Shown piece after piece: positions 1 to 9,244 of a stretch of DNA of 64,000 bases; positions within the stretch are counted from its first letter, which is position 1; every line of letters starts with the position of its first letter. Both the position numbers and the translations under genes were made by a program. This DNA comes from Pseudomonadota bacterium (GTDB lineage: Bacteria > Pseudomonadota > Gammaproteobacteria > Burkholderiales > JBEEJL01). Below the pieces are notes generated by a model. The model saw only the letters and a list, made by a program, of their open reading frames with translations. It did no database searches and had not been told where the DNA came from. The stretch spans positions 16,932-80,931 of the forward strand of contig JAYTVC010000014.1 of assembly GCA_043744215.1 (NCBI GenBank), read 5' to 3'.

Positions 1-361
1 CGGCCGGTGTTGCAGGCGGCATTGCGGCCTTTTCTGCGGCTTTCGCGGGATCAGCAGGCTTGCCTTCAATCGTTTTATTTTTTGCCGGCTCGGTCGCTTT
101 CTGCGAATCTTCCACGCTGCCGACTTTATTTTGATGCGAGCCTAAATAGGTTAATCCCAGGCTGGTGACAAAAAACACGGCCGCCAAAGCGGCCGTTGTG
201 CGGCTCAAAAAATTCGCCGCGCCCGTCGAGCCGAACAAACTACCTGCCGAACCACTGCCAAACGCCGCGCCCATGTCGGCACCCTTGCCGTGCTGAATCA
301 GCACCAGACCGATTACCCCCAAGGCGGACAACACATTCAACACCCAGACAAATGTTTCCAT
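1..361 (-). CDS. secG: Preprotein translocase subunit SecG, C-terminus cut by window edge
   Basis: Not in the ORF track because it runs off the window. The reverse strand from ATG (361-359) reads METFVWVLNVLSALGVIGLVLIQHGKGADMGAAFGSGSAGSLFGS, the SecG core motif. It lies directly downstream of tpiA. Confidence 0.85.
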   Translation of the reverse strand, partial: METFVWVLNVLSALGVIGLVLIQHGKGADMGAAFGSGSAGSLFGSTGAANFLSRTTAALAAVFFVTSLGLTYLGSHQNKVGSVEDSQKATEPAKNKTIEGKPADPAKAAEKAAMPPATPA

Positions 362-401
362 CAAAACCTCTTGAAATTGTTACTGCGCGAGCGCCATTTC
401 T

Positions 402-1160
402 TTACTGCGTAAGGCCTGCACGGCAGATCGCAATGAATTCATCGGCAACCAGCGATGCCCCGCCAATCAGCCCGCCGTCCACATCCGGCAAAGACAGTAA
501 TTGTGCCGCATTTGACGCTTTTACGCTACCCCCGTAGAGGATCGGCAGGCTTTGCGCGATGCTTTTATCCAGCGTATTGATGCGCTTACGGATAAACTCA
601 TGCACCGCCTGCGCCTCCTGCGGCGTCGCCGTTTTGCCCGTACCGATGGCCCACACCGGTTCATAGGCCACTACCGCTTTTGAGAACGCGGCAACGCCCG
701 CAAGTTCGAGTACTTTATCCAACTGCCGCGCCACCACTTGTTCGGTCAAACCCGCCTGGCGCTCGTCCAAGGTTTCGCCCACACACAAAATCGGCGTCAA
801 ATTCGCTGCGAGTGCCGCCTGAAATTTCGCCGCAACGACAGCGTCATCCTCCCCAAACAGCGCGCGTCGTTCCGAATGGCCGACGATCACATAGCTGCAA
901 CCGAAATCCTTCAGCATGGCGGCGGAGACTTCGCCAGTGAACGCACCCTTGGCGTGCTGGCTCATATTCTGCGCACCCCAAGCTATGCTGGTTCCTTGCA
1001 ACAAATTTTGCACCTGCGCCAGATACGGAAACGGTACACACACCGCGCACGAAGCAGATTTCTCCTCACCCAAATCGGCTAGCACAGCGTGCAAGAGTTT
1101 CTGGTTTTCGGCCAGCGAACCATGCATTTTCCAATTGCCAACGACGAGTTTTTTTCTCAT
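402..1160 (-). CDS. tpiA: Triosephosphate isomerase
   Basis: 252-aa ORF with TIM hallmarks VVGNWKMHGS, VIVGHSERR and AYEPVWAIGTG. Confidence 0.95.
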   Translation of the reverse strand: MRKKLVVGNWKMHGSLAENQKLLHAVLADLGEEKSASCAVCVPFPYLAQVQNLLQGTSIAWGAQNMSQHAKGAFTGEVSAAMLKDFGCSYVIVGHSERRALFGEDDAVVAAKFQAALAANLTPILCVGETLDERQAGLTEQVVARQLDKVLELAGVAAFSKAVVAYEPVWAIGTGKTATPQEAQAVHEFIRKRINTLDKSIAQSLPILYGGSVKASNAAQLLSLPDVDGGLIGGASLVADEFIAICRAGLTQ

Positions 1161-1162
1161 AT

Positions 1163-1189
1163 TAAGTATTTGATTATATTGAATATTTT
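1163..1189 (-). repeat. AT-rich 28-bp intergenic motif with IHF core (copy a)
   Basis: Reverse complement reads AAAATATTCAATATAATCAAATACTTA and contains WATCAANNNNTTR. It abuts the tpiA start codon. Confidence 0.7.
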
Positions 1190-1326
1190 ATTCATGCGTA
1201 AAACGATTCTGCGGCGCAATTCTACTCTGCGCAGGGGGAAGGGGCAAACAGTAACTACACGGCTAATTAAAATAAAGGATGAGGCGGATTGTTCTACGTA
1301 ATCATCCTTCAGTGCCACTAGCAAAC

Positions 1327-1406
1327 GTAGGGTGCGCTTGCGCACCAGATCTCTAAATTTCCCCTTTGTTGTCTCCGTACGCATTTGGTGCGCAAGCGCA
1401 CCCTAC
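1327..1406. repeat. REPIN-like inverted REP doublet, family A (GTAG + GGTGCGC/GCGCACC hairpin)
   Basis: GTAGGGTGCGCTTGCGCACC at 1327-1346 and its inverse at 1387-1406, with a 40-bp spacer. The same 20-mer recurs at 1959, 2019 and 2633. Confidence 0.8.
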
Positions 1407-1414
1407 GCTTGCTG

Positions 1415-1573
1415 GAATGGGTGTCCTGGTTTAACCACCATCGGTTGCTGGAATCAATTGGCTACATTCCGCCGGCAGAAGCTGAGGTAAACTATTACCG
1501 GCATCTCGCCACGAAAGCCGCTACGGCGGCTTAACTTAAACCAAATAGCCTCCGCGAAACCCGGGGCGATTCA
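1415..1573 (+). pseudogene. IS3-family transposase remnant (last ~39 codons plus putative right end)
   Basis: The frame reads EWVSWFNHHRLLESIGYIPPAEAEVNYYRHLATKAATAA*, typical of the C-terminal tail of IS3 DDE (rve) transposases. The 5' part is missing, and the fragment starts right after a REP copy. The downstream sequence ends ...CCGGGGCGATTCA, like an IS3 TG..CA terminus. Confidence 0.6.
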
Positions 1574-1774
1574 TTAGGCTTTATAAAATTGTGGCTTACA
1601 AACTGGCTTAGAAGCACAGGTGCATATTGAAGTACAAGTTGCAGTCTCGTTTGGGTTGGCAGTGTCCATCTCCGTTGTTGGTGTAGTATTAACCGCTATG
1701 GAGGTAGCTATGAAAAACTTGAACGCCGTTATTTTTAGTTTTATGGCATGTATTTGGTGCGGAATTGCGTTCCT

Positions 1775-1879
1775 GCGGAGCCTGGTGGAAATTCCAACCC
1801 AAATGAGAGAAAAACTTGTATAGATCGTGTTGCCTGCTAAGAGTGAACGTGGAAGGTCCGATTCCTTCCCTCCGCACCA
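1775..1879 (+). pseudogene. Decayed tRNA-like element (tRNA-Leu-like 5' part, intact T-arm/acceptor 3' strand/CCA)
   Basis: The 3' end GAAGG-TCCGATT-CCTTC-CCTCCGC-A-CCA is a canonical T-arm plus acceptor plus CCA. GCGGAGC about 100 nt upstream complements the acceptor. The total is 105 nt with no foldable anticodon or D arm, so it is not a functional tRNA. Confidence 0.35.
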
Positions 1880-1958
1880 ATTTTAATGTGCTGACCAGCA
1901 GCGCTAACTAGTCAATCAACCGCGACCGCCTTCGGCGGCGCGGTTATCTCCAGCAAGC

Positions 1959-2038
1959 GTAGGGTGCGCTTGCGCACCACCTCTCGTTCCGTCTTAACCG
2001 ATTTCTTCTCCAGCATCTGGTGCGCAAGCGCACCCTAC
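1959..2038. repeat. REPIN-like inverted REP doublet, family A
   Basis: GTAGGGTGCGCTTGCGCACC at 1959-1978 and its inverse at 2019-2038, with a 40-bp spacer. It lies just downstream of the RAYT stop. Confidence 0.8.
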
Positions 2039-2054
2039 GGTTTTGGTTTTTCCG

Positions 2055-2615
2055 TCATTCACCATAAACCTCCTTCTCTTCGCCCATAGCTTCAAACTCT
2101 GATGTGCCTGCCCAATGCGAAGGATAAATTCCCCGCTCAACATATTTATGGAAGGTGGAATACGGCCAATCGGCAACCCGTGAAACATGTTTATGTTTTA
2201 CTGGATTGAAATGAAGGTAATCGGCATGGCGTTGATAATCAAGCTCGTCGCGGATTTGGTGTTCCCAAAAACGGCGCTGCCAAAACCTTGATTCATTTCT
2301 TTTGATGCGGGATTCGCTTTTGGGTGATGTAAGCTGAACGAGATGCTCGCATTGTTTGCTGACCGTGCGTTTAATCAAAGACCAGCGGATGCCGAAATTG
2401 GCATCGTCTTCGGGCAAGGTCCAAATACAGTGAAGATGATCGGGCAGTAATACCCAGGCGTCGATGATAAAAGGATGCTTTGTTCTCGCGAGGTTGATAC
2501 CTAGGCGCAATGCGTTGCGCACTTCCGCCTGAGTGAGTAAGGCTTGGCGACAGTAGGTATTGACGGTGAAAAAGTAGGTGCCGCCTTGTACCTTGGATCT
2601 GCGGTATTCAGACAT
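2055..2615 (-). CDS. REP-associated tyrosine transposase (RAYT, IS200/IS605-like Y1/HUH)
   Basis: 186-aa ORF with the HUH motif in LLPDHLHCIW and a C-terminal Tyr region YLHFNPVKH. Family A REP copies lie within ~20 nt of both gene ends. Confidence 0.85.
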   Translation of the reverse strand: MSEYRRSKVQGGTYFFTVNTYCRQALLTQAEVRNALRLGINLARTKHPFIIDAWVLLPDHLHCIWTLPEDDANFGIRWSLIKRTVSKQCEHLVQLTSPKSESRIKRNESRFWQRRFWEHQIRDELDYQRHADYLHFNPVKHKHVSRVADWPYSTFHKYVERGIYPSHWAGTSEFEAMGEEKEVYGE

Positions 2616-2632
2616 GGTGTGTTGTTGGAATT

Positions 2633-2652
2633 GGTGCGCGAGCGCACCCTAC
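2633..2652 (-). repeat. REP family A single copy
   Basis: GGTGCGCGAGCGCACCCTAC. It lies between the RAYT start and glmM, and the glmM stop codon (2649-2651) lies inside it. Confidence 0.75.
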
Positions 2653-4010
2653 TTCGCAGCAGCCAACTTCACCCGCTCCGCAATCCGGTTCGCCAACGTC
2701 GAAACCACATCACGCGATTTGCCTTCGACCATCACGCGCAGCAGCGGCTCGGTGCCGGACGGTCGTAACAATACTCTGCCGTCGTCACCTAATTCTTTTT
2801 GCGCATTTTCTACGGCTTGCTCAACATCTTTATTGCCTTTGTGGTCGAAGCCGCGCGCGGTTTTTACGTTGACTAATACTTGCGGAAACAAGCTTAATTC
2901 GCGCGAATATTCTTCGAGCGAGGTTTTGTTGACGCGTAGCGCGGTGAGCACTTGCAGCGCGGAGACGATGCCGTCGCCGGTGGTGTGTTTGTCGAGCGCG
3001 AGGATGTGGCCGGAATTTTCGCCGCCGTATTGCCAGCCTTTTTGCAGCAGCATTTCGTTAACATAACGGTCGCCGACTTTGGCGCGGGCGAAGGGAATAT
3101 TCAATTTGCCGAAGGCTTGTTCGAGCGCGAGATTGGTCATCAGCGTGCCGACCACGCCGCCTTTGAGTTGGCCGGATTGTTTGCGATGTTTGGCGACGAC
3201 GTAGAGCAATTGGTCGCCGTCGTAGAGCGTGCCGTTGGCGTCGCACATCATCAGCCGGTCGCCGTCGCCATCGAGGGCGATGCCCAAATCGGCTTTGTGT
3301 TCGCGCACGGCCGCTTGCATCAGCGCGGTGTGCGTCGCACCGCATTCGTCGTTGATGTTGAGGCCATTCGGCTTGTTGCCGATGGCGATGACTTCCGCGC
3401 CAAGTTCGTGGAACACATGCGGCGCGATGTGATACGTCGCGCCGTGCGCGCAATCGACTACCAGCTTCAGCCCGCGTAAATCGAGTTCGTTCGGGAACGT
3501 GCTTTTGCAAAATTCAATATAACGCCCTACGGCGTCATCAATGCGGCGGACGCGGCCAAGGTCTTTGGATTCTTTGGTTTGCATCGGGTTATCGAGCTCG
3601 GCTTCGATTTGCAATTCAACTTCATCGGGCAGCTTGGTGCCTTGCGCAGAAAAAAATTTGATGCCGTTGTCGTCATACGGATTATGCGACGCGCTGATCA
3701 TTACGCCCGCCGACAGGCGCAGCGCGCGCGTGAGGTAAGCGACGCCTGGCGTGGGCATCGGGCCGGTGAGCAATACATACACGCCGGCTGCCGAGAAACC
3801 GGCTTCGAGCGCGGACTCCAACATATAGCCAGAGATACGCGTGTCTTTGCCGATGAGCACGGTTGGGTTCGCGCTATCCTTGGCGTTGTGCGTCGCGCCG
3901 ACTAGCACTTTGCCTGCGGCGTAGCCTAAGCGCATAACGAAATCCGGCGTTATCGGCGCCTGGCCTACTCGTCCGCGCACGCCATCGGTGCCGAAATATT
4001 TTCTGCTCAT
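2649..4010 (-). CDS. glmM: Phosphoglucosamine mutase
   Basis: 453 aa with N-terminus [13 protein letters not shown] and phosphoserine loop SASHNP. The glmM-folP-ftsH order is conserved. Confidence 0.95.
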   Translation of the reverse strand: MSRKYFGTDGVRGRVGQAPITPDFVMRLGYAAGKVLVGATHNAKDSANPTVLIGKDTRISGYMLESALEAGFSAAGVYVLLTGPMPTPGVAYLTRALRLSAGVMISASHNPYDDNGIKFFSAQGTKLPDEVELQIEAELDNPMQTKESKDLGRVRRIDDAVGRYIEFCKSTFPNELDLRGLKLVVDCAHGATYHIAPHVFHELGAEVIAIGNKPNGLNINDECGATHTALMQAAVREHKADLGIALDGDGDRLMMCDANGTLYDGDQLLYVVAKHRKQSGQLKGGVVGTLMTNLALEQAFGKLNIPFARAKVGDRYVNEMLLQKGWQYGGENSGHILALDKHTTGDGIVSALQVLTALRVNKTSLEEYSRELSLFPQVLVNVKTARGFDHKGNKDVEQAVENAQKELGDDGRVLLRPSGTEPLLRVMVEGKSRDVVSTLANRIAERVKLAAAK

Positions 4011-4024
4011 GATTTTATCCCTGA

Positions 4025-4858
4025 TTAATTTTGCGACTGCACTGCTTGTAATACTGCCAGCGCGTCTTTGGTCGCGGCAACATCGTGAACACGTATGATA
4101 CTCGCGCCATTTTGCGCGGCAAGCAAAGCAGCGGCGACGCTGGCATGAACGCGCTCGGGCGTGAGCTTGCCGGTGAGCTCGCCGAAAATGGATTTGCGCG
4201 ATAAGCCGGCGAGCACGGGATAACCAAGATCCGCGATTTTTTGCAGGCCGCGCAGCAGCGCAAGATTGTGAACAGTACGTTTGCCGAATCCGAAACCCGG
4301 GTCGAGCACGATGCGATTTTTTTTAATGCCCGCCTGTTCGCACGCGGCCGCACGCGCCGAAAGAAAGCGCGATACGTCGCTTAAAATATCAATATAATCA
4401 ATAACTTGCTGCATGGTCGCGGGGATGCCGAGCATATGCATTAAACATATGCCGACATTGGTTTTGGCAACAACTTCGATCGCACCCTCGGCACGCAATG
4501 CATTCACATCATTCACCATGCTTGCGCCGGCTTCGATCGCAGCGCGCATCACTTCAGGTTTTTGCGTGTCGATGGATAGCGGAATATTTTTTTCGCGCAA
4601 CGCAACGATCACGGGCATCACGCGCTGCAATTCTTCATCCAGCGCGACGGGCAGTGAACCGGGCCGTGTCGATTCGCCACCAATGTCGAGAATGTCTGCA
4701 CCCTCGTCGATCAATTTCAGCGCATGTTCAATCGCACGGTCGCGCGAAAAAAATTTGCCGCCATCGGAAAAAGAATCGGGCGTAACGTTGACGATGCCCA
4801 TGATGAGCGGGCGCGTGAGTGACAGAGAATAGTTACCGCAGATTAAAACTTTGTCCAT
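4025..4858 (-). CDS. folP: Dihydropteroate synthase
   Basis: The ORF track gives 4025..4975. I place the start at the internal ATG (MDKVLICG...), about 19 aa before the conserved [15 protein letters not shown]. Confidence 0.9.
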   Translation of the reverse strand: MDKVLICGNYSLSLTRPLIMGIVNVTPDSFSDGGKFFSRDRAIEHALKLIDEGADILDIGGESTRPGSLPVALDEELQRVMPVIVALREKNIPLSIDTQKPEVMRAAIEAGASMVNDVNALRAEGAIEVVAKTNVGICLMHMLGIPATMQQVIDYIDILSDVSRFLSARAAACEQAGIKKNRIVLDPGFGFGKRTVHNLALLRGLQKIADLGYPVLAGLSRKSIFGELTGKLTPERVHASVAAALLAAQNGASIIRVHDVAATKDALAVLQAVQSQN

Positions 4859-5052
4859 AAATTCACGGTGCATGTTATTGGCTACGCGGTTGCTGTCCGT
4901 CCGCCCTTCGACTAGCTCAAGGCAAACGGAGCCTAAAAATGATTGCCGTTCCTTTAGTTGATACGCTTGTACCAACGAGACGATTCAAGCGGAGAAATGT
5001 ATCAGCCATAAAAAAGGGCGACATGGTCGCCCTGAATGTGGGTTGAATAAAT

Positions 5053-6954
5053 TTACGTTTCTTGCGCAGGGTTGGCGGTGGCCGTCGGCGCGGTAGGCGC
5101 ATCACCCGGCGGTTTTGCCTGCGTCGAGGCTGGCGGTTTGGGCGGACGCGGTTGCCGGCCTTGCATGATGTCCTGAATCTGTTCTGCGTCGATGGTTTCC
5201 CATTCGAGCAGCGTCGCGGTCATCAGCTCCACTTTATCGCGGTTTTCTTCCAGCAATTTGCGACCCAGTGCATATTGCGTGTCGATAATGCGGCGGATTT
5301 CGCTGTCGATTTTTTCAAGCGTCGCTTCGGACATGTTGCGATGGGTGGTGACCGAGCGCCCGAGAAAAACCTCGCCTTCATTTTCACCATACACCATCGG
5401 GCCCAAGGCATCGGACATGCCATAGCGCGTAACCATGTCGCGCGCTACTTGTGTTGCGCGCTCGAAGTCGTTTGATGCACCCGTCGAAACATTGCCGACA
5501 AATAATTCTTCCGCGATGCGGCCACCGAACAACATACAGATCTGCGCGAGCATCTGGTCTTTGTAGAGGCTGAAACGATCCATTTCCGGCAACGACCACG
5601 TTACGCCTAACGCACGTCCGCGAGGAATAACCGTGACTTTATGCACCGGATCGCAACCGGGCAGCAGCGAACCGATGATGGCGTGGCCCGACTCGTGGTA
5701 AGCGGTTTTCTTTTTGTCTTCCGGCGTGATGACCATCGACTTGCGTTCCGCGCCCATGAAAATTTTATCTTTGGCGCGCTCGAAATCTTCCATGTCCACC
5801 AGGCGCTTGTTGGCGCGCGCGGCGAACAGCGCGGCTTCGTTCACCAAGTTGGCCAGATCAGCACCAGACATGCCTGGCGTGCCGCGCGCGATGATGTCGG
5901 CCTTCACGTCGCTGGAAATCGGCACCTTGCGCATATGCACCATGAGGATTTGCTCGCGGCCGCGGATGTCGGGCAGAGGAACCACCACTTGGCGATCGAA
6001 TCGGCCCGGACGCAACAACGCGGGGTCGAGCACATCGGGGCGGTTGGTTGCGGCGATAACAATCACGCCGACCGAACCTTCGAAGCCGTCCATCTCTACC
6101 AATAATTGATTCAGTGTTTGTTCGCGCTCATCGTTACCGCCGCCCAAACCTGCGCCGCGCTGGCGGCCTACGGCGTCGATTTCGTCAATGAAAATAATGC
6201 ACGGCGCGCTCTTCTTTGCCTGCTCGAACATGTCGCGCACACGGGCTGCGCCAACGCCGACGAACATTTCAACAAAATCGGAACCGGAAATGGAAAAGAA
6301 CGGCACTTTGGCCTCGCCGGCAATGGCGCGCGCGAGCAAGGTTTTACCGGTGCCGGGGTTGCCGACCATCAACACACCACGGGGAATGCGTCCGCCGAGC
6401 TTTTGGAATTTCGTTGGGTCGCGCAGAAAATCGACTATCTCGGAGACTTCTTCTTTGGCTTCTTCCACGCCCGCCACATCGGCGAAGGTGACAGGATTGG
6501 CGTTTTCATCCAGCATGCGCGCGCGGCTTTTGCCGAACGAAAACGCGCCGCCTTTGCCGCCGCCCTGCATCTGGCGCATGAAAAAAACCCAGACGCCGAT
6601 CAGCAATAACATGGGGAACCAGTTGAGCAACATTTCAAATAACACCGAGCGCTCTTCTTCTGGCTGGGCGGCCACTTGCACATTGTATTTGAGCAAATCG
6701 CTCACCAGCCACGGGTCGAACGGCGCGTAGGTGGTGTAATTACGTTTGTCATTCGTGGTGACTTTGAGTGTGCGCGAAAGCAAGCGGCCATCCATCGCCA
6801 CTTTTTCAACTTGGCCGGCACGTACCTGTTCCATGAATTGCGAGTATTCGACCGTGTTCGATGCAGTCTGCTGGGCACCGTATTGCTTGATGACCATTAA
6901 CAGAACTAGGCCGATGATGAGCCAGATGCCTACATTTTTTACTATATTATTCAA
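5053..6954 (-). CDS. ftsH: ATP-dependent zinc metalloprotease FtsH
   Basis: Walker A GNPGTGKT and zinc site HESGH. The track ORF extends to 6984; a TTG at 6954 preceded by AAGAGG gives the typical N-terminus [11 protein letters not shown]. The exact start is uncertain. Confidence 0.93.
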   Translation of the reverse strand: MNNIVKNVGIWLIIGLVLLMVIKQYGAQQTASNTVEYSQFMEQVRAGQVEKVAMDGRLLSRTLKVTTNDKRNYTTYAPFDPWLVSDLLKYNVQVAAQPEEERSVLFEMLLNWFPMLLLIGVWVFFMRQMQGGGKGGAFSFGKSRARMLDENANPVTFADVAGVEEAKEEVSEIVDFLRDPTKFQKLGGRIPRGVLMVGNPGTGKTLLARAIAGEAKVPFFSISGSDFVEMFVGVGAARVRDMFEQAKKSAPCIIFIDEIDAVGRQRGAGLGGGNDEREQTLNQLLVEMDGFEGSVGVIVIAATNRPDVLDPALLRPGRFDRQVVVPLPDIRGREQILMVHMRKVPISSDVKADIIARGTPGMSGADLANLVNEAALFAARANKRLVDMEDFERAKDKIFMGAERKSMVITPEDKKKTAYHESGHAIIGSLLPGCDPVHKVTVIPRGRALGVTWSLPEMDRFSLYKDQMLAQICMLFGGRIAEELFVGNVSTGASNDFERATQVARDMVTRYGMSDALGPMVYGENEGEVFLGRSVTTHRNMSEATLEKIDSEIRRIIDTQYALGRKLLEENRDKVELMTATLLEWETIDAEQIQDIMQGRQPRPPKPPASTQAKPPGDAPTAPTATANPAQET

Positions 6955-7044
6955 TGGGTTACCTCTTTGCGTGTGAATCGCCAAATTGCATATGAACTAT
7001 TGTAGCGCGAAACGCGGCGCTTGCCGAACAGCGTGTGACAAGCC

Positions 7045-7662
7045 TTATTTCTTGTCCTTGCCGAGTAAATACACTTCGTTGCTGCGGTCGCGGGAGGCAT
7101 CGGGCTTTCGAGTGGCGATACTGGCAAATTCCTTGAGCAAAATTTTGTAATATTCATCGAAGCCTTCGCCCTGAAACGTTTTGACCAGAAATGCACCGCC
7201 CGGTTTCAAATGCTCGATGGTAAATTCAAGCGCCAGCTCGCACAGCGCCATACTGCGCGCCTGATCCGACAGCGGTATGCCACTAATATTGGGGGCCATA
7301 TCGGAAAGTACAAGGTCCACCGGCTTGCTCATGAGCAAAGTTTTTAACGCGGCCAGGCCATCGTCGCTGGCAAAATCTGCCTGTAAGAAAGTGACGCCCT
7401 GCAGTGGCGCCATATCAATCAAATCAATGGCAATCACGCGGCCATTGCCTTTCATGCGCTCGGCCGCCACCTGCGACCAGCCGCCGGGCGTAGCCCCCAG
7501 ATCGACGATCGTCATGCCGGGCTTGATCAGCTTATCGCGCGCGTCAATTTCCATCAGCTTATACGCGGCGCGGGAGCGATAGCCTTCGCGCTTGGCGCGC
7601 TGCACGAACGGGTCGTTAATATGTTCACGCATCCAGCCTTTGCTGGTTCGGGTGGGTTTCAT
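7045..7662 (-). CDS. rlmE: 23S rRNA (uridine2552-2'-O)-methyltransferase RlmE/FtsJ
   Basis: 205 aa with SAM motif [12 protein letters not shown]. It lies upstream of ftsH, as is usual. Confidence 0.93.
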   Translation of the reverse strand: MKPTRTSKGWMREHINDPFVQRAKREGYRSRAAYKLMEIDARDKLIKPGMTIVDLGATPGGWSQVAAERMKGNGRVIAIDLIDMAPLQGVTFLQADFASDDGLAALKTLLMSKPVDLVLSDMAPNISGIPLSDQARSMALCELALEFTIEHLKPGGAFLVKTFQGEGFDEYYKILLKEFASIATRKPDASRDRSNEVYLLGKDKK

Positions 7663-7979
7663 TAATGCGCTGAAGTCGCGCGATGCACAACTGGACGAAT
7701 CTTCGGCGCAAGCTGAGGCTCAAGCTCGCGCTTAGCCATACGCAGATCATAACTACACTGCAAATTTACCCAGAACTCGGTTGTCATATCAAAATAAAGA
7801 CCGAGACGCACAGCAGTGTCCATAGTTATCGGCCTGCCGTTTTTGGTAATGTCGGTGATACGGCTCGGCGGTACATCAATATCTCGCGCCAGCTGGCTAG
7901 GCGTAATACCCATAGGCTCAAGAAAATCCTTGAGTAGAATTTCGCCCGGTACAATTTCGGGTAATAATTTTTTAGCCAT
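7662..7979 (-). CDS. higA: HigA-family antitoxin (XRE HTH)
   Basis: 105 aa. [34 protein letters not shown]...[11 protein letters not shown] matches the HigA addiction-module antidote pattern. It lies downstream of the toxin. Confidence 0.85.
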   Translation of the reverse strand: MAKKLLPEIVPGEILLKDFLEPMGITPSQLARDIDVPPSRITDITKNGRPITMDTAVRLGLYFDMTTEFWVNLQCSYDLRMAKRELEPQLAPKIRPVVHRATSAH

Positions 7980-7995
7980 TATATTTCTCCATCAC

Positions 7996-8274
7996 TCAGT
8001 GATAATCCACGATTTCAACGTTATAAACGCCATCGTCTTTCCAAACAAAACACACACGCCATTGATCATTAACGCGAATACTGTGCTGACCTTTACGCTT
8101 GGATTTCAATGCTTCAAGCCGATTACCCGGCGGCACCTTCAAATCATCAAGCCGGGCGGCAGCATCAAGTTGAAGTAACTTTCGTCTAGCGACAGATTCA
8201 ATATTTTTGAAGCGCCGCACATCGACGCTATGAAATAACGCTTCGGTGTCTGGGCAGGCGAAAGATCGAATCAT
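7996..8274 (-). CDS. higB: HigB-family toxin (RelE/ParE superfamily, plasmid maintenance killer type)
   Basis: 92 aa. MIRSF...LDAAARLDDLKVPPGNRLEALKSKRKGQHSIRVNDQWRVCFVWKDDGVYNVEIVDYH is the characteristic HigB layout. Confidence 0.85.
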   Translation of the reverse strand: MIRSFACPDTEALFHSVDVRRFKNIESVARRKLLQLDAAARLDDLKVPPGNRLEALKSKRKGQHSIRVNDQWRVCFVWKDDGVYNVEIVDYH

Positions 8275-8286
8275 GATAATATTTTA

Positions 8287-8301
8287 TTCTGCGCGACAGA
8301 A
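8287..8301. promoter_or_regulatory. Palindrome upstream of higB (candidate operator)
   Basis: TTCTGcgcgaCAGAA lies 13 nt upstream of the higB start, in an AT-rich promoter region. Confidence 0.3.
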
Positions 8302-8404
8302 TATGTCAAACAGAACAAATAATAGAAACTTTAAGGTTTTCGGGAACAAAGCCTGGCTTGCCCGTATAATCAAGATTGATTAACTAATGCTTTTGAAAGT
8401 CCTT

Positions 8405-8962
8405 ATGCTCACCATCACCATCGAAAAACGCCGCGCGCTTCGCGCCGAAGCCCACGCACTCAAACCCATTGTGATGATCGGTAACGCCGGCCTCACCGAT
8501 GCCGTCATCAAAGAAATTGAAAACGCGCTTACCAACCATGAGCTGATGAAAATCCGCGTCTTCAGCGACGAAAAAGACGCCCGCGAAACCATTTTGCAGG
8601 CCATTTGCGAGCGCATCGGTGCAGCGCCGATACAGCACATTGGCAAAATTCTGGTGATTTACAAACCGTCGGAAAAAATCGCCGAGGCAAAAAAAATCGC
8701 CGCAAAAAAAACCGGCACGGCAAAAGCAAGCCCATCGCGCCGACCGCGCAGCGTCGCCAAAACGGCCAGCGGAAAAAAATGGACGGCGCGAGACTCGGCA
8801 GCCGTGCATGCCACAGTGCGCAATGCGGCTGCGCGCGGTGAACCAATCGAAAAAGAATTTGATGCGGCGGACCCCGGCAACAAAAAACGCCGCTTCGCTA
8901 CCGGCTCGGGCTCAACCATCAAGCACGGCGGTTTAAGCGTGCGGCGCAAACGCACGACGTGA
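8405..8962 (+). CDS. yhbY: RNA-binding CRM-domain protein YhbY with long basic C-terminal extension
   Basis: The first ~95 aa (LKPIVMIGNAGLTDAVIKEIENALTNHELMKIRV...) match YhbY. The remaining ~90 aa are K/R/A-rich. The track ORF starts at 8387; ATG 8405 fits YhbY length better. Confidence 0.8.
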   Translation: MLTITIEKRRALRAEAHALKPIVMIGNAGLTDAVIKEIENALTNHELMKIRVFSDEKDARETILQAICERIGAAPIQHIGKILVIYKPSEKIAEAKKIAAKKTGTAKASPSRRPRSVAKTASGKKWTARDSAAVHATVRNAAARGEPIEKEFDAADPGNKKRRFATGSGSTIKHGGLSVRRKRTT

Positions 8963-8983
8963 TTTTCAGCATCGTCACGAAAT

Positions 8984-9010
8984 AAAAAAGGCGCGTCATG
9001 CGCCTTTTTT
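8984..9010. terminator. Bidirectional intrinsic terminator
   Basis: A-tract, then GGCGCG-tca-TGCGCC, then T6. Confidence 0.75.
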
Positions 9011-9018
9011 ATTATTCG

Positions 9019-9045
9019 GTAACTATTTGATTTTATTCATATTTT
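9019..9045 (-). repeat. AT-rich IHF-core motif (copy b)
   Basis: Reverse complement is AAAATATGAATAAAATCAAATAGTTAC. It overlaps the stop of the greA 3' fragment. Confidence 0.7.
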
Positions 9046-9122
9046 ATGTCGATGATTTCATATTCGCGCACTCCGCCGGGTGCCTGCACTTCGGCGACGT
9101 CTCCGGGATATTTGCCAATCAG
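9033..9122 (-). pseudogene. Orphan 3' end of greA (last 29 codons + stop)
   Basis: Encodes LIGKYPGDVAEVQAPGGVREYEIIDIKYE*. It is collinear with 9579-9668 of intact greA: 9 differences in the stop-proximal 45 nt, mostly synonymous, and none in the other 45 nt. Confidence 0.85.
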
Positions 9123-9127
9123 TTTTC

Positions 9128-9193
9128 GTAGGGTGGGCACCGCCCACCGCAAGGCAGGTAATCGAGGGCTCTGGTGGGCAGTGCCCACGCTAC
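9128..9193. repeat. Inverted REP doublet, family B (GTAG + GGTGGGC/GCCCACC hairpin)
   Basis: GTAGGGTGGGCACCGCCCACC at 9128-9148 and the inverse GGTGGGCAGTGCCCACGCTAC at 9173-9193. A third copy is at 48841. Confidence 0.75.
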
Positions 9194-9244
9194 AAATTCA
9201 ACCCGTCCTGAGCAAGCTCAGTATATCAATTACGCCACCGACTT

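Noticed and set aside
196-537. 113-aa plus-strand ORF across the secG/tpiA junction.
   Set aside because: It is antisense to the clearly recognisable secG and tpiA reading frames, and its translation is Pro/Arg/Ser-rich.
1710-1823. 37-aa hydrophobic ORF (MKNLNAVIFSFMACIWCGIAFLRSLVEIPTQMREKLV) with GGAGG 5 nt upstream, considered as a possible type I toxin.
   Set aside because: It sits in a decay zone and overlaps the tRNA-like relic. No antisense RNA signal or homologue can be assessed from the sequence. It is mentioned only as unproven.
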